Part shown: positions 1 to 9,973 of the stretch, piece by piece
Numbering within the stretch: position 1 is the stretch's first letter
Layout: each line of letters starts with the position of its first letter
Origin: Fimbriimonadales bacterium
Lineage (GTDB): Bacteria > Armatimonadota > Fimbriimonadia > Fimbriimonadales > ATM1
Assembly (NCBI GenBank): GCA_041744215.1
Contig: JBGTLG010000016.1
Coordinates: forward strand, 96,001 to 160,000
DNA: 64,000 bases
Direction: 5' to 3'
Notes under the pieces: generated by a model
Seen by the model: the letters and a program-made list of their open reading frames with translations, nothing else
Database searches by the model: none
What the model was told of the DNA's origin: nothing
Made by a program: the position numbers and the translations under genes

Positions 1-126
1 GAAGATGACGTTTTTCGGCCGGGCGGTTTTCCGTGAGATCGCTCTTAGCGGTGAAGAGAGGCCCAATGTCAGGCCTGCCGCGGCGAGTCCTCCAGCTCCG
101 ATGATCTCTCTACGGGTGAGCTTCAT
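1..126 (-). CDS. 5' part of a Tat-exported alkaline phosphatase/sulfatase-superfamily protein (runs off window)
   Basis: Manual translation from ATG at 126: MKLTRREIIGAGGLAAAGLTLGLSSPLRAISRKTARPKNVIF; twin-arginine signal followed by the PKNVIF start of an AlkP-type core. Confidence 0.55.
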   Translation of the reverse strand, partial: MKLTRREIIGAGGLAAAGLTLGLSSPLRAISRKTARPKNVIF

Positions 127-161
127 GTTTCGAGGCTACCCTGACTAACATTATGGGATGA

Positions 162-332
162 TTAATCGGCCGGTTCCTCTTTCGCGTCCTTTTTGCGGCG
201 CCTCCGCACTGCTTCGCGGAGGAGGTACTCGAGCTGTCCGTTGACGCTCCGGAATTCCTCCTCCGCCATTCTTCGGATCTCTTCATAGAGCTCCGGAGAC
301 AGCCTTAGGAGCACCGGTTTCTTTTCGGGCAT
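162..332 (-). CDS. Arc-family ribbon-helix-helix DNA-binding protein (56 aa; below ORF-track cutoff)
   Basis: Manual translation [48 protein letters not shown]; Arc-like LRL...RSVN pattern; ATG immediately follows the SPFH stop. Confidence 0.85.
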   Translation of the reverse strand: MPEKKPVLLRLSPELYEEIRRMAEEEFRSVNGQLEYLLREAVRRRRKKDAKEEPAD

Positions 333-1211
333 TTAGCCGTAGAGTGTCCCTGTGTTTAGAACGGGTTGAGCTGCGTGTTCACTGCAAAGCACAACCATCA
401 GATTCGAGACCATCGCGGCCTTGCGTTCTTCGTCGAGTTTGATCACGCCTTCTTTCTCCATTCTTTCGAGAGCCATCTCGACCATTCCGACTGCGCCATC
501 CACAATTCTGGTTCTCGCAGATATCACGGCGGCTGCCTGCTGTCTTCGAAGCATCACGCTGGCGATTTCCGGTGCGTAGGCAAGGTGCGACAATCGAGCC
601 TCTATGATTCGGACACCCGCGAGTTTCAGTCTCTCTTGCAACTCCGTTTGCAAGTGCTCGCTGACCTCTTCGGTGTTGCGTCGCAAGCTGAGTGAATCAT
701 CTTCGGCATCGTATGGGTATGAGCCAGCCGAGTGTCGGACTGCCGACTCACTTTGCATCGCGACGTAGTCTTCGTAGTTGTCGACTTCGAATGACGCGTC
801 ATAGGTGTCAACGACTTGCCAGACAATGATCGCAGCGATCTCAATGGGATTCCCGACGAGGTCATTCACCTTCAGCTGTTCGCCATTTAGGCTTCGCGCC
901 CTGAGTGAAACGCCTCGCTTCGTCATGAACGGGTTAGTGAAGTGCCAACCCGATTTCTTGACCGTGCCTTTGTAGTTTCCAAACAGGAGCAACACCTTGC
1001 TGCCATTCGGTTCCACGATGAAGTACCCGCCGAACATGATGGAAGCGACTAGGAGGACGATCATCGACCAGGTCATCTTCCACCCATCGATTGAGTCTTC
1101 CCCGCCCCGGACCGCTTCCCAAAACAGCCAGCCGCAAAGCACCCAGAGACCGCAATGGGCCAAGAACATGAGCAGTCCCGGGGCCACCCGGATCGTTTTT
1201 TCGTGTTTCAT
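333..1211 (-). CDS. SPFH/band 7 domain membrane protein
   Basis: Two N-terminal TM helices; LKVND..GNPIEIAA, LSHLAYAPEIASVMLRRQQA, GAVGMVEMAL; SD AGGAG upstream. Confidence 0.9.
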   Translation of the reverse strand: MKHEKTIRVAPGLLMFLAHCGLWVLCGWLFWEAVRGGEDSIDGWKMTWSMIVLLVASIMFGGYFIVEPNGSKVLLLFGNYKGTVKKSGWHFTNPFMTKRGVSLRARSLNGEQLKVNDLVGNPIEIAAIIVWQVVDTYDASFEVDNYEDYVAMQSESAVRHSAGSYPYDAEDDSLSLRRNTEEVSEHLQTELQERLKLAGVRIIEARLSHLAYAPEIASVMLRRQQAAAVISARTRIVDGAVGMVEMALERMEKEGVIKLDEERKAAMVSNLMVVLCSEHAAQPVLNTGTLYG

Positions 1212-1222
1212 TCAATCTCCTC

Positions 1223-1252
1223 TTATATCAGACTGATATCATTACGATACCA
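1223..1252. promoter_or_regulatory. Candidate RHH operator: three 8-bp TGATATCA-like boxes at 11-bp spacing
   Basis: TTATATCA (1223), TGATATCA (1234), CGATACCA (1245), just upstream of the SPFH-Arc operon. Confidence 0.55.
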
Positions 1253-1333
1253 CATCAACATCGGTTGCGGACTTCGGCACACTTTCAAGCAGGATTGCGG
1301 GGTGTAAAGGAAGAAACTGAACCGCCAACGCCC

Positions 1334-3682
1334 ATGCTCACCTCCACTCTCGCAACCATCGCACTCATAGCCCCTCTGGTCCAGGATGCACCGCCGCGGA
1401 CACCAACCCAACAGCGCGGACCGAGGCCGTACGAAGAAGTCGTGACGAAGGATGCCCTGAGCCAGCCGGGGGTCTTTAAGATTCATCAGATAGGAGACCG
1501 CTGGCTCTGGGAGATTCCGTCTGCGGAGCTTGGAAAGGACTTCCTGCTAACCGTGGAGGTGAAGCAGACACCTGCGGGCGGTTACGGCGGCACGTCTGCG
1601 GGAGACCGGGTAGTTCGGTGGGAGCGACGTGACGACAAGATCCTTCTTCGTGTGATTAACTACTCGATCCGCTCAGCGACCGATGGGGCGATACGCATCG
1701 GAGTTGACGCCGCTAATGTCCCTCCGATTGCTCAGGTCTTCGACGTGCAAGCGAACGGACCTAACGAATCTGCTGTCATTGATGTTTCGCGCTACTTCGT
1801 TTCGGATCCGGCGGAGTTCGCAGTTCGACAGACTCTGGGTGTCGGCAATCTCGACGCGAACCGTTCGTTCATCGACCGGATGAAGACGTTTCCCACAAAC
1901 GTCAATGTTCAGTCCACCCTCACGTTCACGCAGGGACAGGCGCCAGCTACCCCGCAAGGCTTCGGCGGGCGTGGCGCCTCCCTACCCAGCAATACAGCAG
2001 TCGTGCTTTACAGCATGGTTCGGCTGCCTGACGAGCCTATGATGGGGAGATTGTTCGACGGTCGCGTCGGCTATTTCAGCATTCGATTTCGTGACTACGG
2101 CACCGATGAACATCGCGCAGCAGATCGAAGGTTCATCACGCGGTATCGATTGGAGAAGAAAGACCCTGGCGCCACTCTCTCGGAACCCGTTAAACCAATC
2201 ACCTATTACATGAGCCGAGAGATTCCGGAAAAGTGGCGTCCGTACGTGAAGAAGGGCGTCGAGGATTGGCAGGTCGCCTATGAACAGGCTGGATTTCGGA
2301 ACGCGATCATTTGCGTCGAAGCACCTGACGATCCCGATTGGGATCCGGAAGACGCGCGGTTCTCGGTGATTCGATGGGCGCCCTCCCAAACAGAGAATGC
2401 GATGGGGCCGCACGTGAACGACCCCCGAAGCGGCGAAATCATCTCTGCCCACATCATCATGTGGCACAACATCCTGAATCTGCTAACAAAATGGTACTTC
2501 GCGCAGGCTTCGGCAGTAGATCCGCAGGCACAGAGCCTTCCCTTTCCTGATGAGCTTATGGGTGAGCTAGTTCGTTATGTTGTCGCACACGAGGTTGGCC
2601 ACACGCTTGGATTGCAGCACAACTTCAAAGCTTCGTCGTCCTATTCGATCGCCCAACTCCGAAGCAAAGAGTTCACCGAGAAGTATGGTAACGAAGCGAG
2701 CATCATGGATTATGGTCGTTTCAATTACGTAGCGCAGCCAGGCGATGGTGCACGGCTGATCCCGATGATAGGACCTTACGACAAGTTTGCGATCGAATGG
2801 GGCTATAAGCCGATTCCTGACGCAAGCAACCCGGCGGATGAGAAGCGAGCTCTTGATGAGATGGCTGCGCGGCAAGTTAACGATCCGATGCTTCGGTTTG
2901 GTGGTGGGCCGGATGATCCAAGCTCGCAAACTGAGGACTTGGGGGATGATCCGATCGAGGCAACGCGCCTCGGAATTTTGAATCTTGAGCGAACAATGGG
3001 ATTCCTCATTTCTGCCACTACGAAGTTCGGTGAAGACTACACCGACCTAAACGAACAGCACAACAACATCTGGGGTCAGTACCGATTGATGATTGGTCAC
3101 GTTACAACTCTTGTGGGCGGGTCTGTAATGATCAACTGGCATGCTGGACGTGGTGGTGCCGTTTACAACCCGGTGCCGCGTGAGAGGCAAAAGGCGGCAG
3201 TTCAGTTTCTAATCGAAAGGTGTTTCAATATTCCCCAGGGCTTGATCCGCCCAGACGTTGCGCAACTCCTCCAGCCGAGCGGCGTAGCCGACCGAGTGCT
3301 TCAGTCGCAGACCTTCGCGCTAAGCCGCCTGTTGCAATCGGCGCGGCTAAGTCGAATGATCGAGTGGGAAGCGACGCTCAGCTCGGGGGTGTATCCGGTG
3401 GCAGAGTTGTACTCTGACTTGCGTGCCGGAATCTGGACGGAACTGTCTCAAGCGGAACCTACGGTCGACATGTTCAGGAGGAACCTGCAGCGAGCTCACG
3501 TGCTGGCGTTGACAGCGAAACTAGCGGAGACTGGGAGTCATGTGCGTGCGATAAGTTTTGCCGAACTGCGGCATCTGCTGGGAATGATCATTGGCGCATC
3601 TCCGCGAGTTATCGACTCCCCTACTCGGATCCATCTTCTCGACATGGCACGATTGATCGAAGAGTCGCTGACGATTCGTTAA
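1334..3682 (+). CDS. Secreted zinc-dependent metalloprotease (EcxA-like, DUF5117/DUF4953 type)
   Basis: Signal peptide; HEVGHTLGLQH zinc motif; SIMDY Met-turn; DPRSGEII motif; start placed at MLTSTLA. Confidence 0.85.
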   Translation: MLTSTLATIALIAPLVQDAPPRTPTQQRGPRPYEEVVTKDALSQPGVFKIHQIGDRWLWEIPSAELGKDFLLTVEVKQTPAGGYGGTSAGDRVVRWERRDDKILLRVINYSIRSATDGAIRIGVDAANVPPIAQVFDVQANGPNESAVIDVSRYFVSDPAEFAVRQTLGVGNLDANRSFIDRMKTFPTNVNVQSTLTFTQGQAPATPQGFGGRGASLPSNTAVVLYSMVRLPDEPMMGRLFDGRVGYFSIRFRDYGTDEHRAADRRFITRYRLEKKDPGATLSEPVKPITYYMSREIPEKWRPYVKKGVEDWQVAYEQAGFRNAIICVEAPDDPDWDPEDARFSVIRWAPSQTENAMGPHVNDPRSGEIISAHIIMWHNILNLLTKWYFAQASAVDPQAQSLPFPDELMGELVRYVVAHEVGHTLGLQHNFKASSSYSIAQLRSKEFTEKYGNEASIMDYGRFNYVAQPGDGARLIPMIGPYDKFAIEWGYKPIPDASNPADEKRALDEMAARQVNDPMLRFGGGPDDPSSQTEDLGDDPIEATRLGILNLERTMGFLISATTKFGEDYTDLNEQHNNIWGQYRLMIGHVTTLVGGSVMINWHAGRGGAVYNPVPRERQKAAVQFLIERCFNIPQGLIRPDVAQLLQPSGVADRVLQSQTFALSRLLQSARLSRMIEWEATLSSGVYPVAELYSDLRAGIWTELSQAEPTVDMFRRNLQRAHVLALTAKLAETGSHVRAISFAELRHLLGMIIGASPRVIDSPTRIHLLDMARLIEESLTIR

Positions 3683-3722
3683 CAAGCAGGGGCTCTGGGG
3701 GCTCGTGTCGAACTCCAAGAGC

Positions 3723-4595
3723 ATGCCCCATCTTGGATTTGTTGGCCTAGGAGTTATGGGTTCGCCGATGGCGGGCCACCTTCTTCGCGCAGGTCACGCT
3801 GTCGTTGTTTGGAATCGAAGTCCGTCACGAGCCGAGCCACTTGTCAAGCTCGGCGCTTCGGTCGCTTCCTCGCCGAGTGAACTGATCGCTTCCTGTGGCG
3901 TTGTTTTCTTGTGCGTTTCGCGCACCGAAGATGTTGAAGCGGTCATCGAGCAGCTTCTTGGCGCAGCAAAGCCCAACACGACGTTTGTCGACCACTCGAC
4001 AATCAGCCCAGCGGCGGCGAAAGCGATCGCTGCCCGACTGGAAGGACTTGGACATCGTTTCATCGATGCGCCTGTAACAGGTGGGGAGAAGGGAGCGATT
4101 GAGGGGACTCTCACCGTCTTTTGCGGCGGACGAAAAGACGACTTTGAGTTTGTCAGGCCCATGCTGGAAGCCTACGGAAAAAACGTTCGGCTCGTTGGCG
4201 ATCACGGATGCGGACAATTGATGAAGATGGCAAATCAAATCTCCGTTGCGTTGTCCGTGCTGGCAATGTCTGAATGTCTCGTCTTCGCCGAGAAAGCAGG
4301 ATTAGACATCGGCGAGTGTATCGAACTAATCGGCTCGGGAGCTGGAGGCAGTTGGTCTATGACGAACTACGCGCCGAAAGTGATTGCACGTGATTGGACT
4401 CCCGGCTTCGCGGTCTCACTTCAACAAAAAGATCTTCGGTACGCGCTTGATGCGGCGCGCGATGTAGGCGCATCGCTGCCTGGTACCGCGTTGGTGCATC
4501 AGCTGTTTGCTGCGCTCGAGAACTCGGGCAGAGGAGGCGATGCGACGCCCGCACTCTTCGAGATTATAGAAGGGCTGTCCGGTGGACAGACCTAG
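3723..4595 (+). CDS. NAD(P)-dependent beta-hydroxyacid dehydrogenase (3-hydroxyisobutyrate DH/GarR family)
   Basis: GFVGLGVMGSPMA, FIDAPVTGG, catalytic K in KMANQ, KDL motif. Confidence 0.9.
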   Translation: MPHLGFVGLGVMGSPMAGHLLRAGHAVVVWNRSPSRAEPLVKLGASVASSPSELIASCGVVFLCVSRTEDVEAVIEQLLGAAKPNTTFVDHSTISPAAAKAIAARLEGLGHRFIDAPVTGGEKGAIEGTLTVFCGGRKDDFEFVRPMLEAYGKNVRLVGDHGCGQLMKMANQISVALSVLAMSECLVFAEKAGLDIGECIELIGSGAGGSWSMTNYAPKVIARDWTPGFAVSLQQKDLRYALDAARDVGASLPGTALVHQLFAALENSGRGGDATPALFEIIEGLSGGQT

Positions 4596-6090
4596 CGGGT
4601 TAGCTGTCGAAATGCGCAACATCACCAAGCGCTTCGGCTCGGTGATCGCGAACGACGGGGTCGACTTGTCTGTTGCGAAGGGGACAATCCATGGCATCGT
4701 CGGCGAGAACGGCGCAGGTAAGTCGACACTTATGCGAATCCTGTATGGAATGTATCGTGCAGATGTTGGTGAAGTGATTGTCGATGGGGTTCACCGAGTT
4801 TTTCGTACACCTCAAGAAGCAATCTCAGCCGGTGTCGGCATGGTTAGTCAGCATTACTCGATCATCCCGGAGCTCTCCTGCATCGACAACTTGATCCTGG
4901 GTTTCGAAGGCGGTCCGATCCTTGATCGCACAACAGCAATCGAGAGGGCAACGAAACTGGCATCCTCGCTGGGCTTCGCATTCGACTGGTTCGCTGAAGC
5001 AAGATCGCTGAGCCCAGCTGCAGCACAAAAACTTGAAATCACGAAGCTGCTCTGGAGAAGTGCAAGCATTCTGATTCTGGATGAACCCACAGCGATGCTT
5101 TCTCCTGATGATGGCGACAGGCTCTTCCGCAACTTGCTTCAGCTCGCTGATTCTGGCAGGACTGTCTTGCTTGTTACGCATCGTCTGGCAGAGGTTATGG
5201 AGTACTGCACTCGCGTCACTGTGCTGCGAAACGGAAAGTTAGTTGCCGAAACGGAAGTCACCTCAATCAGTTCTCATGAACTTGCCAGTTTGATGGTAGG
5301 AGATGAACAGGTGGATGAGTACACGTCGCCCGCGCGAGTCGGTCGAATCTGTCTATCGCTCAGTGATTTTTCGGCCGATGGCGACCGCAGCAACTTGGCC
5401 GTCAATCAAGCATCGTTGGATCTGCGTGAGGGCGAAGTGGTGGGTTTTGCAGGAGTTGATGGAAACGGACAAAAGGAGCTCGTCGAAGCACTACTCGGCA
5501 TTCGATCTTTTCGAGGAGCCGCAAACCTGCTCGGCAGACCTTTGGGTCAGCTGTCGACGGCAGAGCGGCTCGCCGGAGGTACTGCGGTCGTGCCCGAAGA
5601 TCGCCATGCGCAAGGCGTGATCGATGATTGGCCGATCGCGGATAACGCGATTCTTGGGTTGCATCGTTTGAAACCAGTCTCGACGGGTTGGGTGATCGAT
5701 CAATCCGCGAAGAGTGCCGCGATAAGCGAAATCGTCACTCGATTCAACACAAAGATCTCAACACTGAATGCACCAATCAGCAGCTTAAGTGGTGGAAACC
5801 AGCAGAGGTTTGTCGTGGCAAGGTCGCTGCAAAGCGAGCCGAAGCTCTTGATCGCATTCCAACCAACGCGGGGCTTGGACATACGCGGGTCGATCGACGT
5901 TTACCGTGAGATACGCCGTCGTTGTCAATTGGGAATGTGTGCGATCGTTGTTTCGTTCGACCTCGATGAACTGATCGAGCATTGCGACCGCATCCTCGTA
6001 ATGTTTGATGGCCGAATCTCGGAGCCGCCTCCGGGCGCAACGACGGATCGGCATGCGATTGGAAGGATGATGGTGGGCTTGTCACCGTGA
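4582..6090 (+). CDS. ABC transporter ATP-binding protein, nucleoside/sugar CUT2 type (two ABC domains)
   Basis: GENGAGKSTL, ILDEPTAML, LSGGNQQR, QPTRGLD. Confidence 0.9.
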   Translation: MDRPSGLAVEMRNITKRFGSVIANDGVDLSVAKGTIHGIVGENGAGKSTLMRILYGMYRADVGEVIVDGVHRVFRTPQEAISAGVGMVSQHYSIIPELSCIDNLILGFEGGPILDRTTAIERATKLASSLGFAFDWFAEARSLSPAAAQKLEITKLLWRSASILILDEPTAMLSPDDGDRLFRNLLQLADSGRTVLLVTHRLAEVMEYCTRVTVLRNGKLVAETEVTSISSHELASLMVGDEQVDEYTSPARVGRICLSLSDFSADGDRSNLAVNQASLDLREGEVVGFAGVDGNGQKELVEALLGIRSFRGAANLLGRPLGQLSTAERLAGGTAVVPEDRHAQGVIDDWPIADNAILGLHRLKPVSTGWVIDQSAKSAAISEIVTRFNTKISTLNAPISSLSGGNQQRFVVARSLQSEPKLLIAFQPTRGLDIRGSIDVYREIRRRCQLGMCAIVVSFDLDELIEHCDRILVMFDGRISEPPPGATTDRHAIGRMMVGLSP

Positions 6091-7115
6091 CCCGCTTTGC
6101 GCTCGTTGTCTCTGCGTGTCTCGGACTCCTTGCAATACTTCTCAATTTGGCGGGCGCATCCGGCGTCGACGTGACGAGAAGTTTTGCCGAAGGTGTCAGC
6201 GGCTACAGTTTCGACAGGTCTGAATTTGTTGGCTTTGGACCCATTTCCGAGATATTGCGGCGTATGGCGCCCCTTGTGATAACCGGCTTGGCAGTCTTTA
6301 TCGCTCTCCAAGCTGGACTGTTCAACATAGGGGCCGAGGGACAGCTGAAGGTCGGAGGACTCGCAGCGGTTTCGGTCGCCCTATACAGCGGCACGCCAGG
6401 GCCAGCGGGGATAGTGTTCGCACTTCTCGCAGGAAGCCTGGCGGGGATGCTTTGGGCGATACCCGCTGGTGCGATCAAGACTTGGCGCGGAGGCCATGAA
6501 GTCATCACGACCATCATGCTGAACAACATCGCCGTGCACTTCGCCACCTTTCTTATCGCGGGCCCACTTCGCAAGCCTGGTTCGGCGGAACCTGCTACCG
6601 ACTATGTGTCTGATTCGCTGCGGATGCTGCCGATCGGGGATTCTGGCCGCACCATTACTGTGTATCCGTCACTGGTTGTCGGGATTGTGCTTTGTGCGGC
6701 AGCGACGTGGTGGCTCTACAGGACGCCGACGGGATTTGAATTGCGGGCGAGCGGTGCGAACCCGATCGCCTCGCTGTTCGCTGGCATCAGCGTAAGGAAG
6801 TTTGCATTTTGGAGCATGGCCGCAAGCGGAGGGATCGCCGGTTTGGCAGGTGGATTGCATCTGCTCGGTCAAGAAGGTCGCTTTGCCGACGGCTTTTCCC
6901 CCGGTTTCGGATTCGACAGTCTTGGCGTCGCACTCTTAGCAGGCAGATCGCCACTTGGGATCGTCCCAGCTGCGATGCTCTTCGCGGCGATCGATCAGGG
7001 GGCGTTACGCGCGCAGGTTGCTACGGGACTGCCGAAAGAGATCAGCTCGGTGATGCAGGGACTGGTGATCTTGGTGGTCGCGATCCTGCGCTACCGAAGG
7101 AGCTACGCACAATGA
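6087..7115 (+). CDS. ABC transporter permease (nucleoside type)
   Basis: GLFNIGAEGQ, HEVITTIMLN, GFELRASGANP; multiple TM helices; overlaps ATPase stop. Confidence 0.9.
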   Translation: MTRFALVVSACLGLLAILLNLAGASGVDVTRSFAEGVSGYSFDRSEFVGFGPISEILRRMAPLVITGLAVFIALQAGLFNIGAEGQLKVGGLAAVSVALYSGTPGPAGIVFALLAGSLAGMLWAIPAGAIKTWRGGHEVITTIMLNNIAVHFATFLIAGPLRKPGSAEPATDYVSDSLRMLPIGDSGRTITVYPSLVVGIVLCAAATWWLYRTPTGFELRASGANPIASLFAGISVRKFAFWSMAASGGIAGLAGGLHLLGQEGRFADGFSPGFGFDSLGVALLAGRSPLGIVPAAMLFAAIDQGALRAQVATGLPKEISSVMQGLVILVVAILRYRRSYAQ

Positions 7116-7963
7116 ACGAGTTTGTCGATCTTGTGCTTGCAACAGCGCGACTAGGAGGTCCACTAGCGCTCGCCGCGATGGGCGGCCTCCTTTCTGAACG
7201 AAGTGGAGTCGTCAACATTGCGCTCGAAGGAGCAATGCTCGCTTCGGCCTGCGCCTGCGGAATGGTGAGCGCGTCAACCGGAAATCCAATACTGGGAGTT
7301 GGCGCAGGCGTTATCGCGGGCGTACTCGTATGCATGCTGCATGCGTTGGCTGTGCTGGGATTCCGCATCGATCACATCGTCAGCGGAATTGCTGCGAACG
7401 CCGTCGCGTTTGGTGTTACTGGCTTTGCAATCAAGGTTGCGAGCCAGCGGGGAGTGGAGCAACACTTCTCGCCGCTGCCACAGTTCACTTTCATTGCTAC
7501 AGCGGTGCTTCTGCCTGTGATGATCGCATATGGTTTGCAAGTCACTCGTGCCGGACTGAGGCTCAACGCCGTTGGAAACGACGATCGCAAATCTGCTGAA
7601 ATGGGAGTTGATCCGATTCGGGTACGGCTCTTTGCTTTGATCGGTTGTGGACTATTGACGGGGCTGGCGGGAGCAATGCTGGTGTCACAGCCACAACAGT
7701 TCACAGCAAACATGACAGCAGGCAAAGGCTTCATCGCGCTTGCTGCACTGATACTTGGTGGATGGCGACCGATTCCCGCCATGCTTGCGGCATTCGCGTT
7801 CGGACTATTCGACGCACTGCAAATCCGCCTTCAAGGCACGCCGATTCTCGGCGTGCAGTTGCCTTCGCAATTTTGGGCATCGCTTCCATACGCTCTGACC
7901 CTGATTGCGTTGGCCGGTCTGCTCGGCAAGTCAAAGCCGCCAGCAGCCCTTGGCCGCAGATGA
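7112..7963 (+). CDS. ABC transporter permease (nucleoside type)
   Basis: SERSGVVNIALEG, GKGFIALAAL, LPYALT, PAALG; ATGA overlap at 7112. Confidence 0.9.
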   Translation: MNEFVDLVLATARLGGPLALAAMGGLLSERSGVVNIALEGAMLASACACGMVSASTGNPILGVGAGVIAGVLVCMLHALAVLGFRIDHIVSGIAANAVAFGVTGFAIKVASQRGVEQHFSPLPQFTFIATAVLLPVMIAYGLQVTRAGLRLNAVGNDDRKSAEMGVDPIRVRLFALIGCGLLTGLAGAMLVSQPQQFTANMTAGKGFIALAALILGGWRPIPAMLAAFAFGLFDALQIRLQGTPILGVQLPSQFWASLPYALTLIALAGLLGKSKPPAALGRR

Positions 7964-7966
7964 TGG

Positions 7967-8353
7967 CTACGCACCTGCGACAGCTATGGCTTCAATCTCG
8001 ACCAGCGCATCCTTTGGCAGTCGCGACACCTCGACCGTCGACCGTGCCGGCGGCTCCGAGCCCACCATTTCGCTGTAGATGTCGTTGACTCTGCCAAAGT
8101 CATTGAGATCCTTGAGAAAGATGGTCGTTTTGACGATGTTCGCGCCCGACATTCCCGCGGAATCAAGAAGCGCGAAAATGTTGAGGAGCGTCTGACGGGT
8201 CTGGGACTCAATGTCGATACCCGCCATGCTGCCGTCCGAGCGCATGCCTATTTGGCCGCTCATGAAGAACAGCTTTCCGTGGACGAACACCCCGTGGCTG
8301 TAGGGTCCGATCGGGGCCGGTATACGACTCGTGTTATGTATGTGGCGTTCCAT
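7967..8353 (-). CDS. ridA: RidA/YjgF family reactive-intermediate deaminase
   Basis: PAPIGPYSHG, SGQIG, KTTIFL, PPARSTVEVSRLPKDALVEIEAIA. Confidence 0.9.
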   Translation of the reverse strand: MERHIHNTSRIPAPIGPYSHGVFVHGKLFFMSGQIGMRSDGSMAGIDIESQTRQTLLNIFALLDSAGMSGANIVKTTIFLKDLNDFGRVNDIYSEMVGSEPPARSTVEVSRLPKDALVEIEAIAVAGA

Positions 8354-8444
8354 GTAATCATTCCTCTCCAGAGATACTGAATCCCCTCCATTGTACAGGC
8401 GAAATCCGAAAATCGCACCGGACTCCTGACGGTAAACTCGCTTT

Positions 8445-9002
8445 GTGTTCAAAAATTCTGACGTTTCGAAGGTCAGAGAGGCCCAGGACTTGTTCCTCCA
8501 GGAATGGGGGCGGATGAGCAGCAGCTGGGGAATCAACCGGACGATGGCTCAGATCCACGCTCTGCTGTTTGTTACCGGCGAGCCGCACACCATGGACGAG
8601 ATCTGCGGGCGTCTGCATATCAGCCGGGGTAACGCGAGCATGAACCTAAGGGGTCTCATGGACTGGGGAGTGATCAGGCGGTTTAGGAAGGCTGGCGAGA
8701 GACATGACACGTACGTTAGCGACACCGAGGCCCTCACAATGGTCGCACGCGTGCTCAGGGAACGAAAGCGCCGCGAACTAGACCCGACCGTCGACGCGTT
8801 GCAGTCTTGCCTTCAGATGCTTCCTGACTCGGGCGCGGCTACGTTTCGATCACGGGTGACCGGCCTACTCGAGGTGTTTGAGATGCTCGACATAGTCTTC
8901 AAGTACGCGTTACAGACGGACGAGCGACTTGGGGAGATTGTTAAGCACAGAAAAGACATCGCGACACTGCTTGAAAACGTTCAGCCCATCGCAGAATCCT
9001 AA
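8445..9002 (+). CDS. GbsR/MarR-family transcriptional regulator
   Basis: WGRMSSSWGINRTMAQIHALL, ISRGNASMNLRGLMDWG, RKRRELDP. Confidence 0.85.
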   Translation: MFKNSDVSKVREAQDLFLQEWGRMSSSWGINRTMAQIHALLFVTGEPHTMDEICGRLHISRGNASMNLRGLMDWGVIRRFRKAGERHDTYVSDTEALTMVARVLRERKRRELDPTVDALQSCLQMLPDSGAATFRSRVTGLLEVFEMLDIVFKYALQTDERLGEIVKHRKDIATLLENVQPIAES

Positions 9003-9047
9003 ACTGAATCGTCTCGCCAGAGCTTTGTTGGGCGTACAATAAGTGTT

Positions 9048-9380
9048 GTGAGTTACTCCGCGCGCTCAAGAATCCTTAGCCGGCTGGCAGCAGCGATCGT
9101 GTGCCTACTCTTTGCTGCGCTCTTGGGCATTCGGCTTCCAGTTCTTTCGTTGGTCCTTGCCATTGCTGCGATCAGTTTTGGCTATCAGGCGTTCAAAGAA
9201 TGGCGGCCGAGGAGTGACCCTTACGATCTCAAACTGCTTCAGGTAATCCATGAGGAAGAGGAACTGCGAAGTGTTCGCGTCCCCGACGAGACAGGAGACA
9301 ATGTCCTTTGTCCAAGGTGCGGTGAGGTTTACACGAGCGCTTTGCCAATGTGTCCCACTTGCCGGCACACCTGCAACTAA
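9048..9380 (+). CDS. Small membrane protein with C-terminal zinc ribbon
   Basis: Two TM helices; CPRC...CPTC; -10 box TACAAT 7 nt before GTG. Confidence 0.7.
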   Translation: MSYSARSRILSRLAAAIVCLLFAALLGIRLPVLSLVLAIAAISFGYQAFKEWRPRSDPYDLKLLQVIHEEEELRSVRVPDETGDNVLCPRCGEVYTSALPMCPTCRHTCN

Positions 9381-9955
9381 CTGCCGCCGATCCACTCAAG
9401 CGCGGCCGATAGCCTACCATCAAAATGTTGTTCCTGGCGCACAATGCCGATCCCGCTTTGGAACCAAGTTCGTAGTTCGAGTTTTGAATCGCGAAACGTC
9501 AAAGTGATAACTGAGAGCAAACAGTCGCGTTCTGCGCCAGCGAGATTGATCCTGTCTCGTTTTTGCGATCCTGTCGCTTGCGCAGCCGCATGTGCGCCTC
9601 GGCTCGATGTGCGGCCCTTCCATTGCCACGTGGCTTCGATTTCATTCGGTTTGAGTATCGCGATCGGCGGCTCAAACCTCATTGCCGAGAAATCAGATAC
9701 GAGGAGCTGACCGCCCGACCATGCCATTCGACTTTCGCCGCTGTTGCCTTCAATCTTCCATCCAGTTGTCAGGCCGACCCGCACTCGCTCGATGACGCGA
9801 AGCCGCGCTACCGAACTTCCAGCGGGTGTGGAAACGAGGTACTTCCACTCCCTGTTCTCCTCTAGCGGGAAGTATGCATCGCCAGAGCCACATCCAAAAC
9901 AAAGCGCGAGGAGGCCGGTTAGGATACTTCCTCGCGCATTGCTGGGCCGTTTCAT
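9377..9955 (-). CDS. Hypothetical lipoprotein
   Basis: Lipobox-like LALCFGC, YFPL..W.Y, C-terminal TWFQSGIGIVRQE beta-rich pattern. Confidence 0.7.
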   Translation of the reverse strand: MKRPSNARGSILTGLLALCFGCGSGDAYFPLEENREWKYLVSTPAGSSVARLRVIERVRVGLTTGWKIEGNSGESRMAWSGGQLLVSDFSAMRFEPPIAILKPNEIEATWQWKGRTSSRGAHAAAQATGSQKRDRINLAGAERDCLLSVITLTFRDSKLELRTWFQSGIGIVRQEQHFDGRLSAALEWIGGS

Positions 9956-9973
9956 GTGGCCTTACTTCTGACT

